Source: a virus
Virus record (IMG/VR): IMGVR_UViG_3300044858_003398
Length of the DNA stretch: 64,000 nucleotides
Strand: one strand, 5' to 3'
Below are positions 40,642 to 50,952 of the stretch, one piece after another. The position numbers and the translations under genes were made by a program. The notes under the pieces are model-generated. The model was not told where the DNA came from and ran no database searches. It saw only the letters and a program-made list of their open reading frames with translations. Every line of letters starts with the position of its first letter. Positions within the stretch are counted from its first letter, which is position 1.

Positions 40642-41585
40642 AGTATTTCTGTCCCCACTTTTGAAATCCCCACATCCACAAATCTGGCCTTGTATTTCTC
40701 TTTGATTCGATCCTTAGTGTCCTCTTCCATGATACCAAAGATGAAGCCAGATCCACCAGCACCTAGAAGCTTTCCGCCGATCATACCATCACTTCTGAGA
40801 TCGTCATATATCCTATCGACTTCTGGGCTGGTAATTAGAGGAGATATTTCCTTTTTAGATCTCCAAGAATCATGTAGTAACATAGCTACGAGATCGAGGT
40901 CCTGATCGCAAAAAGCCCTCAAAGCCAGTTTTGCAGTAGAGTGGATCATGCTCTTATCTTTACCGTCATGTGATTTGGCTATCTCGTATGATTTACGAGA
41001 CTTCCCAGTGTAGATGAGAATACTCCTATCCATCATCTTTGACACGAATTCTTCGCTGACAGGGAGCGGGCGAACCTCAAAATCTCCGTGCTTAAATATA
41101 TGAATTGAATTCAGTCCACCATACGCGGCAGCTATAGCATCTTGACAACCTCCTGCCTCCTTTAAGAGAATTCTTTCGATATAGGTGGCCTCATTAGCTA
41201 ACTCTTTCTTGCTCCTAACATCGCCCCTCATCTGATGAATTGCGTTTAGTAGTCCAACAGTAAAAGAGGAAGACGATCCTATACCTGTCTGAGCGGGTAG
41301 ATCGCACATATACGAAATTTCCATTCCGTACTTTATTCCTAAGAACTCCAAGACTCCTCTTACTGCATTATTCTGTATCTGTGAATTGTCCTGTACTGTC
41401 TCAGTTATTGAGTAGGAAACTTTAGTCTCATAGTCCAATATTTCTGGAGTCCTTCTGACGGCAGAATAAGCGTACTTGTCGAGGCCAAAATAAATAAGGA
41501 GGGCTCCATGATCCTTGTAGTATGACAAGTAATCAGTGGACCCTCCGAACAGAGACACTCTAAAGTTGGTTTTAGAGATAATCAT
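40638..41585 (-). CDS. GHMP sugar kinase (HddA-like heptose-7-phosphate kinase)
   Basis: FRVSLFGGSTD, DLPAQTGIGSSSSF, G.QD..AAAYGG, GGKLLGAGGSGF. Confidence 0.88.
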   Translation of the reverse strand: MIISKTNFRVSLFGGSTDYLSYYKDHGALLIYFGLDKYAYSAVRRTPEILDYETKVSYSITETVQDNSQIQNNAVRGVLEFLGIKYGMEISYMCDLPAQTGIGSSSSFTVGLLNAIHQMRGDVRSKKELANEATYIERILLKEAGGCQDAIAAAYGGLNSIHIFKHGDFEVRPLPVSEEFVSKMMDRSILIYTGKSRKSYEIAKSHDGKDKSMIHSTAKLALRAFCDQDLDLVAMLLHDSWRSKKEISPLITSPEVDRIYDDLRSDGMIGGKLLGAGGSGFIFGIMEEDTKDRIKEKYKARFVDVGISKVGTEIL

Positions 41586-42508
41586 CAGTAATTTTTACAA
41601 AGTGGCCGATCTTCTTCACTAAGCGTCTTATAGAGATCCATCATCTCTTTGATACCATATTCTAAAGATCGTGTACACCTGTACCCTAGATTGTATAATT
41701 TTTGACTACTGACCTCGTAATCTCTTTTATCTGGGTCAGTCCTGTCATCTACTATAGACCAAGTAGCCCCAGTCACTGCACATATCTTTTTTACCAGTTC
41801 TTCCTTGGTCATATTGATTGAATCATTGCCGAGGTTGTAAATTTCGCCAGCCATATCTCCAATGCGAGACAGCGGCATCTCAAGAGCTGAAACAATATCA
41901 TCAATATGAATGTAGTTTCTACGGAAATGCCCATCAAATACTTCAATATGAGATTTCCCAGCCAAATTATTGACCAGTAAATCTAATCTAGGCCTCAAAG
42001 ACGCCCCGAATACGGTGGCCAATCTGAAACAAACAGATCTGCGATAGGAGTGAATGTGGGCTTCGCCTTCCATCTTGGTCTTGGCATAAAGAGATAGAGG
42101 GTTCATGGGAGTTTCTTCAGTACAAACCCCCGGATTGCTCCCATATGCAGAATTTGAATTACAGTAAACCACTATCTGATTGGTTAGGTGATTAACCAGA
42201 TGGTTCTGCCATTCTGAGTTTAGAAGTCGCGTAATGTCGGGGTCCTGATCGCACAAAGGAGCACCAACTAAAGCGGCTAATGGGTAGACCGCGTCGGCCC
42301 TGTCAATACAATCCTTGAGGTTGCTTGACCAAAAGAGGACATCTTCATTGAAGAAGTGGCACTTCGGGTGCTTGAACAACTGGCTGACGAATTTCTCTTG
42401 CTTGAAGAAGAAATTATCAAAGCAGTATAGCTCATGCCCATAGTTGAGCAATCGTTCTGTCAATTTTGAGCCAATATAGCCTGCGGCTCCAGTAACAACA
42501 ATCTTCAT
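41585..42508 (-). CDS. NAD-dependent epimerase/dehydratase
   Basis: VTGAAGYIGS, YAKTK, RLATVFG.S.R.R.DLLVN. Confidence 0.92.
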   Translation of the reverse strand: MKIVVTGAAGYIGSKLTERLLNYGHELYCFDNFFFKQEKFVSQLFKHPKCHFFNEDVLFWSSNLKDCIDRADAVYPLAALVGAPLCDQDPDITRLLNSEWQNHLVNHLTNQIVVYCNSNSAYGSNPGVCTEETPMNPLSLYAKTKMEGEAHIHSYRRSVCFRLATVFGASLRPRLDLLVNNLAGKSHIEVFDGHFRRNYIHIDDIVSALEMPLSRIGDMAGEIYNLGNDSINMTKEELVKKICAVTGATWSIVDDRTDPDKRDYEVSSQKLYNLGYRCTRSLEYGIKEMMDLYKTLSEEDRPLCKNY

Positions 42509-42509
42509 G

Positions 42510-42896
42510 CTAATCGCCCTTCACAATTCTGTATGAGTCCGAGTCTTCATGATGCGTTGAAAATTCAATGAAAGCACATGGGTTCCAATTCGACCCAGAC
42601 GTAAATCTATGAGCCATCCTAAGCCCTAGATCGAAAGACTGACCGCAATTGAGATTCACTGTCTGTTTGAGCTTCTCGAACAAGGATGGATCAGCCTTGA
42701 TCTCGTCTAGATGCATCGCCGAAGCATACTCCAGCTTAAGCACCCCATACGTTACGTAAAATGTCTCTTCCTTCAATTCATGATAGTGCATTGAGCAGTA
42801 CTTGGATGGTAATACTGTCAACTGCTTCCCGCAATATTTCTCGTGGTTCACGATCCACAACTCATGACCCCACCCCTTGGAGACGACATTAATCAT
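42510..42896 (-). CDS. Cupin (sugar isomerase-like)
   Basis: VSKGWGHELWIVN...SMHYH..KEETFYV...HRF...EFST; probable start at 42896. Confidence 0.8.
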   Translation of the reverse strand: MINVVSKGWGHELWIVNHEKYCGKQLTVLPSKYCSMHYHELKEETFYVTYGVLKLEYASAMHLDEIKADPSLFEKLKQTVNLNCGQSFDLGLRMAHRFTSGSNWNPCAFIEFSTHHEDSDSYRIVKGD

Positions 42897-44028
42897 TAAA
42901 GAACCCCCATAGAACCATTTTGATTCTGACCAAATCTTCCTCAGTAATGAATCTATGACATCCGATATGGATACCATTGTCGCCACACCAATCAGCATTA
43001 GGGAAATACCGATCGTCTCCAAAGCCCTTCATAGCAGGATGATGTCCGCAGAAGCCAAAGTTTCTCTTCCAGTGGATCTGGTTTTCATCGAAGGCATCTT
43101 TGAGTCTGTGAATACGTAATTTCGATTTCTCTTCACCCTTCAAGGTGATACTAAACCCATGCGGCATAGTCTCTACCCCTTCAGGCTCCGAGCTGAACCA
43201 TGCTAGATCTTTCCAGATCTCGGTGTATTCAACTAGCTCTCTCCAGATCTTCTTTCTGGCGGCAATGTTCTCATGAAACTGCTCCGCACCCTCCAGTCCT
43301 ACCGAGGCACAAAGATCAGTCATTTTGAAATTGCTGCCAAATCTGATATGGTCAAAGTAGGCAGAATTATTTGGCCTACCATGAGATCTGATGCTGACAA
43401 TCAGATCTCTAAGGTCTTCATCGTCGGTATACAGGAGCGACCCCTCGCCCGCCACGACCATATGGGCGGTAAAAAGAGAGCTACAACCTCCAATTGCCCT
43501 CTTATGGGAAAACTCCCCATTTATTTTACTGCCGTAGTTCTCACACGCATCCTCGAATAAGATCAGATCATGCTTGTCGGCAATAGCCTTTAGCTTATCC
43601 ATATTAGCGGGAAGCCCCATAGTTCCAATGGCATAAATTGCAACTACATCATCATCAATCGCTTCCTCTACTAGGTCCTCATTGATATTCAAAGTCTCTG
43701 GGCGAATATCGACCCACTTAGGAAGCAATCCACCAGAAACGATTGCAGAGCTGTTTGCAATGAATCCAAGTGCTGGGCAGATCACTTTACTTTTACCGCG
43801 TCTCACGGTTCTAGGAGCTATCTCCGGCAACGCAAGAGTCATAGCCGTCAGAGCTGCAGTCCCACTCGATAGGGCAACAGCATACTTAGTGCCCATAAGC
43901 TTGGCGAATTCCTGCTCAAGCAAGGCCACCTTAGGACCCATACTGATCCAATTCGTGTCCAAGCAATCCTGAATGTGTCTACGTGCCGTAGCCCCAATTT
44001 CGAGATGGCCAAATTCAATCTTTTTCAT
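42889..44028 (-). CDS. DegT/DnrJ-family PLP enzyme with His at the catalytic Lys position (ColD/E1 dehydratase type)
   Basis: SSGTAAL, FEDACENYG, SLFTAHMVVAGEG, RSHG, G.NFKMTDL. Confidence 0.88.
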   Translation of the reverse strand: MKKIEFGHLEIGATARRHIQDCLDTNWISMGPKVALLEQEFAKLMGTKYAVALSSGTAALTAMTLALPEIAPRTVRRGKSKVICPALGFIANSSAIVSGGLLPKWVDIRPETLNINEDLVEEAIDDDVVAIYAIGTMGLPANMDKLKAIADKHDLILFEDACENYGSKINGEFSHKRAIGGCSSLFTAHMVVAGEGSLLYTDDEDLRDLIVSIRSHGRPNNSAYFDHIRFGSNFKMTDLCASVGLEGAEQFHENIAARKKIWRELVEYTEIWKDLAWFSSEPEGVETMPHGFSITLKGEEKSKLRIHRLKDAFDENQIHWKRNFGFCGHHPAMKGFGDDRYFPNADWCGDNGIHIGCHRFITEEDLVRIKMVLWGFFND

Positions 44029-44914
44029 AATATGTCCTGATAAAGCTGCAAATTTCTTGTGCGTTTGGCGGGAGATTGTCTTTAGACTTGGAGAATCCAG
44101 CAGTTCTGTCGTCTAGACCCATACTATAGACTATGGAACCAGACGCTGCCGACAATTTATGAGCTATGGTTGAGGCTACTCCATCGGAGTAATCATCGTC
44201 CAAAACTAAGCCAGAATTGCATATCAGTGAGTCAATCCAGCGATCTTCGATCACATACGGTTTTAGATTCACTTGATGATATACGGCGACCTTGCATCCT
44301 TCCAGAAGCATCATTCTAGAAGCTTCCATAGCTGCGAAACGGGTGATGGAAATAGGGAAGAGGACAAAGTCTGGATCGTCGAAATGAATATCGTTCAGGT
44401 CTTCAGTTTGGCCATAGGACCCCCTATGCTCCGAGATATAGGTTGGGTCTCCCGACCTCATGAAGTCGGAGTATACTTTTCGATACTCAGACGGACTCAT
44501 AGGAGATACAATCTTGATCCCCGGCATCCTGTGACAGAGAGAGTGATGCGAACTCCCAGCCACAGGCCCTATTGATCCCTCCATGGCGATAGCCCTGATC
44601 ATAATGGGACATTTCATATCCCAAATTTCTTTGGCCTTACAAGCGTAATTAAGGATATGCACTAGGTTGTACCAGCCGAACCCCTGATAGCGGATAGTGT
44701 AGCAAACTCTCTTGCCGCCAATGGCTAGGCCGGTAACCACACCACCATTACTGAGATCCGAAGTTGGGAGTTCCAATATGCCGACATCATCAGGAGTTTC
44801 CGGGATAGTTCCACCAATTCGACCAACTGCCAATATGTTCTGAGCGGCTATAATTCCACCACGCTCTACGAAATCGAAAAGGCATGAATTGATTACATCT
44901 TTTACTGTTTCCAT
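44015..44914 (-). CDS. ThDP enzyme, E1-beta/transketolase C-terminal-like subunit
   Basis: AQNI..VG, ELP, PIMIR, GPVAGSSH, PGIKIVSP, DP.YISEHR. Confidence 0.8.
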   Translation of the reverse strand: METVKDVINSCLFDFVERGGIIAAQNILAVGRIGGTIPETPDDVGILELPTSDLSNGGVVTGLAIGGKRVCYTIRYQGFGWYNLVHILNYACKAKEIWDMKCPIMIRAIAMEGSIGPVAGSSHHSLCHRMPGIKIVSPMSPSEYRKVYSDFMRSGDPTYISEHRGSYGQTEDLNDIHFDDPDFVLFPISITRFAAMEASRMMLLEGCKVAVYHQVNLKPYVIEDRWIDSLICNSGLVLDDDYSDGVASTIAHKLSAASGSIVYSMGLDDRTAGFSKSKDNLPPNAQEICSFIRTYYEKD

Positions 44915-45717
44915 AGGTCAGCTACCTCCTGCTCAATTCTAGTCTGCTCAGACTTCGGTAAAAAGAGAAGCATGTCCTTCAGTGTGTCCCACAAGGGAGG
45001 CCCGTCCGTTCCCGCTCCTGCGTGCCATAGGTGTCTGCAGCACTCTATATCTAGGAGGCATGGCCTATCTGAATCTAAGAACTCACATAGGATTCCAGAT
45101 AAGCTTTCGAACCTGTCTGATACTGATTCATTCTTAAGGCCGAATCCTTTGGCGACATCCCACGTAGACCAGCTTCTTCTTACGCTAGTCTCTGTAAGGA
45201 TTGATAGCCCGTTATTCTCGACCAAGAACATGATGTTAAGTTTGTGGGTGGCAGCATAGCCTAAAGCTGCTAGGACGTCATCCTCTTCACAAGCAGCATC
45301 TCCTAAGATACAAATCACCTTCTTGCCGGTCGCCTGAGCATATCCGCAAGCGATAGAAGCCTGAGAGCCTAGGTGGCCATTATGGCCAATCATTTTGTTC
45401 TTGATATGTAGACTTGCCGAGCCCCACATACCCTTACCGCAGCCAGTGTCTAGGCCGCACAATTCATCTCTCAGAGACGCCATCGCGGCTTCCTTATCCT
45501 CGCTGAAGGTCAAAAAGTATGAGTGACATCTATGTTGCGGGAAAACGACATAATCCTTAACTCCTGCTTCATACAGACTGTTCTTGAGTACTACAGGAAT
45601 ATGCTCTGTTCCAACTGATAGATAGATTGGAGGCCTAGCCAAACCAGACCTGAGTGCTTTAGCTACTTCTAGTTCAAAGCATCTATTCTCATAAGCCTCA
45701 TGAACGATTTTTCTCAT
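44902..45717 (-). CDS. ThDP enzyme, E1-alpha-like subunit
   Basis: YLSVGTE, HRCH, G.GKG..GS, GDAACEE...ENN ThDP-binding motif. Confidence 0.85.
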   Translation of the reverse strand: MRKIVHEAYENRCFELEVAKALRSGLARPPIYLSVGTEHIPVVLKNSLYEAGVKDYVVFPQHRCHSYFLTFSEDKEAAMASLRDELCGLDTGCGKGMWGSASLHIKNKMIGHNGHLGSQASIACGYAQATGKKVICILGDAACEEDDVLAALGYAATHKLNIMFLVENNGLSILTETSVRRSWSTWDVAKGFGLKNESVSDRFESLSGILCEFLDSDRPCLLDIECCRHLWHAGAGTDGPPLWDTLKDMLLFLPKSEQTRIEQEVADLWKQ

Positions 45718-46315
45718 TAACAACATAAATTGCCTCAGTTTCAAGGGTCTCGAACTTCGTAGAGAGCATAGCGAAAGTGTCTCCTGATACTATGTCTCCG
45801 GGAGCACAAACTAGCGAGCCACCACTTCTAATGCCGCCAGTTAGAATCAAATAATTGCCCTTTCTTATCTGCGATCCCATATTCACCTTTTCAATCTTTA
45901 CATCGCAATAATAGCCCTTGTTGTCCTCCCAAGGACATTTGATATCGACTAAATAGTCGTCCTCATCAGTATACACAGTTCCACGGTCATACTTATCATC
46001 AATCCTAACTAGGTCAGATTTATCTACCGGGGACTCAATCTCATAAAGGTGAAGAGTACTAGATGTCATATTCATAGTGCGATGAAATACTCCCTCTCTA
46101 ATCATAACCTTCTCCCCAGCAAACAACTTCTCCCCGCCAGATAAGAAGCATACTTTCGCCCCTCCCTGAAGGACGATTAGGCCAGTTTTTTTGTTGGGGT
46201 GGCAATGCAGAGAAGTCTCGGCCCATGGGTCTATAAGAAGATGCCAGATAGCTACATTGTCATTTTCGTAGGCTAGGAATTCACATCCCCAAGGTTTTCT
46301 CTTAGCGATTTTCAC
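45698..46315 (-). CDS. Cupin (mannose-6-phosphate isomerase-like)
   Basis: KPWG.E, TSLHCHPNK.T, FH, EIE...DLVR..DKY.R. Confidence 0.75.
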   Translation of the reverse strand: MKIAKRKPWGCEFLAYENDNVAIWHLLIDPWAETSLHCHPNKKTGLIVLQGGAKVCFLSGGEKLFAGEKVMIREGVFHRTMNMTSSTLHLYEIESPVDKSDLVRIDDKYDRGTVYTDEDDYLVDIKCPWEDNKGYYCDVKIEKVNMGSQIRKGNYLILTGGIRSGGSLVCAPGDIVSGDTFAMLSTKFETLETEAIYVVNEKNRS

Positions 46316-46857
46316 GTCTTATCCCCGTGGGCTGCGGCCATCTTCAGTCCCTCTCTCATCCATTCACCCATAAAGTCATAGTGGGGGCACGAAACTAGGT
46401 TGCCGTCAATCACTACAGGAGAGCGACTATAGGTGGCACCAGCGTTCTGAATGTCTGGTTCAATTGAGTAATATCCAGAACAGGTCCTGCCTCGAATGAC
46501 ATCGGCGGTAATAAGAAGCTGAGCCCCGTTACAAATAGACATAGTGGGCTTATTTCTATCGAACCAAGCCCTCACAAAACCTACTGCATTCTTCTCAAGT
46601 CTCAGTTTTTCCAGAGCCTTAACTCCTCCGGGTATAACCAATAAATCAAAGTCTTCAGTCCTATATCCACGGTGCGGCAGTAAAAGATCATCAACATGGA
46701 TATCTGAAACTAAGTGAACCCCTAAGCTACCAAATACTCTCTCCTCTCGCTTATTAGCTGCAAGCGTGACCGAATAACCAGCTTGTTGTAGGGCGTAATA
46801 AGGAAACACGGTCTCGTGGTCCTGAAATTTTTCCCAAGTAAGAATGAGTGCCTTCAT
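46312..46857 (-). CDS. DJ-1/PfpI family protein
   Basis: FQDHE, VIPGG...EKLR, SICNGAQLL, VVIDGNLVS. Confidence 0.88.
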   Translation of the reverse strand: MKALILTWEKFQDHETVFPYYALQQAGYSVTLAANKREERVFGSLGVHLVSDIHVDDLLLPHRGYRTEDFDLLVIPGGVKALEKLRLEKNAVGFVRAWFDRNKPTMSICNGAQLLITADVIRGRTCSGYYSIEPDIQNAGATYSRSPVVIDGNLVSCPHYDFMGEWMREGLKMAAAHGDKT

Positions 46858-46858
46858 T

Positions 46859-48343
46859 TTAATCCTTTAGTAGCTTACGCTTCAACTTAATCTTTGTCAT
46901 TTCTTTGATATTGCTCACAGCTACTTCGCCATAAGCCTCGCCCATTCTCTTTAGTACTGATTCATTCGTGAAATACCGATGGAAGAAATCATCCCTGAAC
47001 CTAAGAACATCTGATGCGGACAGGTACTTAGTGCAATCCGGCACATGATTATAGCTCAGGAAGCCAAATTCAGAGTACTCTTCTGGAACTCTTCTGCCCT
47101 CATTCTTAGCCTGAAGATATAGCGGACTCCCCGGAAGTGCGGTAGCACAGTAAATGTTCATATTGGCGAGAGGTAGATCTACTGCAAGTTGATATGACTC
47201 CTCCATTGAATCGAAATCGTCGGTTGGAAGACCAACTATGAAATTTCCGCCAACCCCAATCCCGTGATCATCTATGCTCTTCACGATATCTCTGATATTA
47301 ACTTCCTTAAATCTCCCCTTATCAATCTCCTGCCTTACCGTCTGCGAAGCAGACTCAATTCCTAGAGCTAGATGATTAACACCAGCCTTCTTCAAAGTCT
47401 CAAGGTATTGAGGCTTCGCCGTATCTACTCGACTATAGGCCCAGATATTAAACTTTAAACCTCTCTCTATGATTAACTCACATAGAGTCATGAAATGCTT
47501 GGGGCGGTATACAAACATTTCGTCAGCAATTTTGAGATTGGTCACACCTTGGCTAGACAAATATTCTAGCTGCTTTATTGTGTATTCTGGGGACCAGTAG
47601 CGAAAAATATTGAATGAGTCTGCCGTCTTAGTAAAATCTATTGATGTTCTATTAATAGAATTAATCATGCAGAAACTACACTTGCTATAACAACCTAAGC
47701 TAGTATAAATACTAGCGAATGGGCTTGTGTTACCTTTAAAGTTGGTGTGCCAAGTACTTGTTCTATAATTATCTAGAGATGGCATCAGATCATACGCCAC
47801 TCCGGGCATATCAAATTCCATCAGGTTCTGAGGAACGATCCCCTCAGCCATATTCATCTTGATGGCGTCGTCGCGATACACAATTCCTTTTACAGAACTA
47901 AGAGCCTCAATAGAAGTACCACGCTCAACTATATTCCTGAGGGCATAAACCCCCTCATTCATAAAGGTGATATCTATAAAATCATGCTTCTGCAATACTT
48001 CGATAGGAAGAGCGTTGACGTGCGGACCAATGAATGCTATCTTACAAAGTCCCCTAATACACTCTGCCGCTTTGGTCGCCCCATGCATCGCAGAGGAGGA
48101 AGCATTTGGATTGCTACCAGTAGCCACGAAGAGGACCAAGTCTGGCGAGATACTTTCAACATCAGAGTAAAATTCAGCAGCAGTAGGTCTATTAACTTCC
48201 ATATCGTATATGGATACATCGCATTTACTCCTAACAGAATTAGCTAAAAGACCGGCCCATAGATTAGGCTCTTTAGCGGAGAGGTCCTTGCTTAAATCCT
48301 GATACAAATCAGCAGAACTAGGAGCGACAATTAATAGCTTCAT
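46859..48343 (-). CDS. Cobalamin-binding (class B) radical SAM enzyme
   Basis: N-terminal B12-binding domain (IGPH, NEG); SLGCYSKCSFC (CxxxCxxC); DEMF, LGIES, FIVGLP.D, LPGSPLY. Confidence 0.9.
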   Translation of the reverse strand: MKLLIVAPSSADLYQDLSKDLSAKEPNLWAGLLANSVRSKCDVSIYDMEVNRPTAAEFYSDVESISPDLVLFVATGSNPNASSSAMHGATKAAECIRGLCKIAFIGPHVNALPIEVLQKHDFIDITFMNEGVYALRNIVERGTSIEALSSVKGIVYRDDAIKMNMAEGIVPQNLMEFDMPGVAYDLMPSLDNYRTSTWHTNFKGNTSPFASIYTSLGCYSKCSFCMINSINRTSIDFTKTADSFNIFRYWSPEYTIKQLEYLSSQGVTNLKIADEMFVYRPKHFMTLCELIIERGLKFNIWAYSRVDTAKPQYLETLKKAGVNHLALGIESASQTVRQEIDKGRFKEVNIRDIVKSIDDHGIGVGGNFIVGLPTDDFDSMEESYQLAVDLPLANMNIYCATALPGSPLYLQAKNEGRRVPEEYSEFGFLSYNHVPDCTKYLSASDVLRFRDDFFHRYFTNESVLKRMGEAYGEVAVSNIKEMTKIKLKRKLLKD

Positions 48344-48995
48344 TTATTTTCTCAATATCTCTTTTGAGTTGTTGATCTGAATAGATATTATAGTGGGCGT
48401 GGTTCTCTTTAATCTCGCAAACTGAATCATAGATCTCAACTGGAATGTCCACTAATCTGTTTTCGCAAGCGGAAGCAAAGATCCTAGCGAACATAATATC
48501 TGCTCCGGGTCCAGATATCTGCGGAGGCATAAAATACCCAAGAGTGTCAAAAACTTCTCTAGTTAAAATGGGATAGCAGGCATATTTGTATTTGAGCGAC
48601 TCTTCCCAAGGCTCCTTTACATTCGGCCAAGGCCAAACCTCTTGTCCTCTCCCGTAGGCAATCCTATCTGGTTTATCATTCAAAAAGGACTCTATTGTGT
48701 TACTAATGACATCGTCAAAATTCGGAGTCCTAATTTCTGCGTCATCATTTAGCCCCATGATGTAGTCGCCACATGTTTTATACGCTATAGGATTCAGTAA
48801 AGAAGAATGCCTATTTACATTCCTCTCACGTCCGAAAGTGAAGCACCCCAATTCTTCTGCTACAGACTTGGTCTCTTGATCATCAAGATCATACCCCACC
48901 CATAGCTCTACTTTACTGGAATTTTTCTGAACACTTTCAATAGCGTTCCTGAGCAATGTAGGTCGGTTTCGACTCACAATTATAACTGAAAGCAT
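48318..48995 (-). CDS. Glycosyltransferase, GT2-like
   Basis: SVIIVSRNRP.LL, GDYIMGLNDD. Confidence 0.8.
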   Translation of the reverse strand: MLSVIIVSRNRPTLLRNAIESVQKNSSKVELWVGYDLDDQETKSVAEELGCFTFGRERNVNRHSSLLNPIAYKTCGDYIMGLNDDAEIRTPNFDDVISNTIESFLNDKPDRIAYGRGQEVWPWPNVKEPWEESLKYKYACYPILTREVFDTLGYFMPPQISGPGADIMFARIFASACENRLVDIPVEIYDSVCEIKENHAHYNIYSDQQLKRDIEKINEAINCRS

Positions 48996-49461
48996 CTTTA
49001 AATTTTCTAGAGACTTCGTCTCTTTCTGAAAGGATAGCCGGTATAGGAGCCCAGTTAGCCCCAATCGTCTCGTCGTTATAGCGGACAGAATACTGACTAC
49101 TTAAATCATATGGAGCGTCCCATTTGTAATGCAAGACACACTCGCTAGATAAGCACTGATGGGCGTTCAGATGCCTAGGAGGAATGAGAATGGAAATATG
49201 TTCCTCTCTATTAGCTGACAGCAAAAACTCTTCTTTAATCCCATTGTCAATATCATAAACAACCAACTTAAAGGTGCCCCATAAACAACTTATTAACTTC
49301 CATGTATGATCATCTCCGTGGAACCCCCTTATTACTCCCAACTTGGACACTGATACTTTATCCAAGATAAAATTATTAGAATGGTAGCTACAATCAAAAA
49401 TCGTGTAGAGGCTACCTCTCTCGTCAGAGAACTTAGAGTATTTCGACACTGACGCGGTCAT
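48937..49461 (-). CDS. dTDP-4-dehydrorhamnose 3,5-epimerase-like cupin (RmlC family)
   Basis: FSDERG, S..GVIRGFH, KLISC..G, ILSERD. Confidence 0.85.
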   Translation of the reverse strand: MTASVSKYSKFSDERGSLYTIFDCSYHSNNFILDKVSVSKLGVIRGFHGDDHTWKLISCLWGTFKLVVYDIDNGIKEEFLLSANREEHISILIPPRHLNAHQCLSSECVLHYKWDAPYDLSSQYSVRYNDETIGANWAPIPAILSERDEVSRKFKDAFSYNCESKPTYIAQERY

Positions 49462-50341
49462 AGTCTAGTTCCTCTCTATTGGAGAAGTAATAACGACGGA
49501 TCATCTCTGCAAGATCTTCTGGGAATTTAGCCTTTCCGTTAAGGTAGGCCTCTTTACTATGAGGCATGATCTTCCCACATTCTTCATAGCCTAAGCCAGC
49601 CGCTATTGCTTTTGGGTCATTAATGAAGACCCTAGCGTCTCTTCCATAGAGCAAATTATTCCACGGGTTCCTATGGACTGGCGACCAATGAGGCTGCGAC
49701 GAAGAAGGCCCATCCACCGCCTTATTGTGATGGGCTTGAATATCCTTCACTATGACCCAGTCCATTCCAACTGCTGCATTCAGAAAGGGGAAGGTGCTCT
49801 CGGTGCAATATGCCGCGAATACATCAGGAATCACAAGCCCAAATTTATCGAAGATAGACCTATGGAAAAGTTGAGCGTGGAGATTAATAGCCATCCCCAG
49901 AGGGAGCTTAAAATCCTGACCTTTTAATTGTACGTTATAACTATTCTGTTTGCCGCCAAATACCTCATACCCAGTATCGGTATCTGTTTGTAGAGATACC
50001 ATGGAAGACTCACCGAGTCGCTCAGACATCTGCGATAGCGAAGTTTTGTCCTTAAGCTTAACTCCAGAATCAACAAAGAACTGAGCAATATGCCCATTGT
50101 CAAAGACTCTGACAGTCTTATTAAAAGTAACATTAACGATATATCTGTCCTCGAATCGACAGATCTTCACAACATCTCCATAACGACTCTTCAGAGACGC
50201 TATACAGTCGTCAGAATTCAGACAGGAAGAAACTACAACCTGCTGAGGGTAGTCCTGCTCAAGTAGTGTATCTATACACTCACTATACCAGTCTGTCTTG
50301 TCGCCGTTAATGCCACAGGTATTATAAACGGTCAAAATCAT
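49433..50341 (-). CDS. GT-A fold glycosyltransferase-like protein
   Basis: ECIDTLLEQDY, VNVTFNK, FVDSG; operon context. Confidence 0.6.
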   Translation of the reverse strand: MILTVYNTCGINGDKTDWYSECIDTLLEQDYPQQVVVSSCLNSDDCIASLKSRYGDVVKICRFEDRYIVNVTFNKTVRVFDNGHIAQFFVDSGVKLKDKTSLSQMSERLGESSMVSLQTDTDTGYEVFGGKQNSYNVQLKGQDFKLPLGMAINLHAQLFHRSIFDKFGLVIPDVFAAYCTESTFPFLNAAVGMDWVIVKDIQAHHNKAVDGPSSSQPHWSPVHRNPWNNLLYGRDARVFINDPKAIAAGLGYEECGKIMPHSKEAYLNGKAKFPEDLAEMIRRYYFSNREELDYDRVSVEIL

Positions 50342-50952
50342 GACTTTGTCTTTCTAAGGGCTGAAAAATAAACACCTTCATGGAATCCATCACCGGCTGG
50401 AAAGTAATACTCAGACAGGATCTCTACTTTTAGATCTTCTAGTGAGTCTTTCACCGCCCTAACTACCTCCGGGGATTTGACTTCATCATAGTCATCTACG
50501 ATATAAATGAAATCATCGGCCATAGCTGAATAGAATTTTACCAAAGCATCATACTGATCCTGATATCCGTGTGGACCATCAAAAAAGTAAGCATCAAATG
50601 GCCCAGAAACCATGACATCCCAACAACTGTTTTCTCTAATTTCTACTGTGTTATTACCTCTGACCGAGTTCATGCGGTTGTAAAACTCATCTCTCGAACT
50701 ATTCGGTCCCCAATTCTGAGACCAGTCATCGACCCCGAGAGCGAAAACACAATTACCATAAAGAGCAGCCTCGAAAGTACCGCCCCTGTATAAGCCAATT
50801 TCGAGATACGAAGTGACATCAGAACAGATAGTGTTCAGAATGTTCCTGACATATCGTCCAGTCAAATCTAGTCCAGAAGGCCTACCACCATCTGGAAGCT
50901 GAGACCAGTTCTTCTTTTTTACCGCATTATCCAAAATATTTTGAATTCTCAT
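50338..50952 (-). CDS. Class I SAM-dependent methyltransferase
   Basis: YLEIGLYRGGT, GVDDWS, FFDGPH.Y, IVDDY. Confidence 0.85.
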   Translation of the reverse strand: MRIQNILDNAVKKKNWSQLPDGGRPSGLDLTGRYVRNILNTICSDVTSYLEIGLYRGGTFEAALYGNCVFALGVDDWSQNWGPNSSRDEFYNRMNSVRGNNTVEIRENSCWDVMVSGPFDAYFFDGPHGYQDQYDALVKFYSAMADDFIYIVDDYDEVKSPEVVRAVKDSLEDLKVEILSEYYFPAGDGFHEGVYFSALRKTKS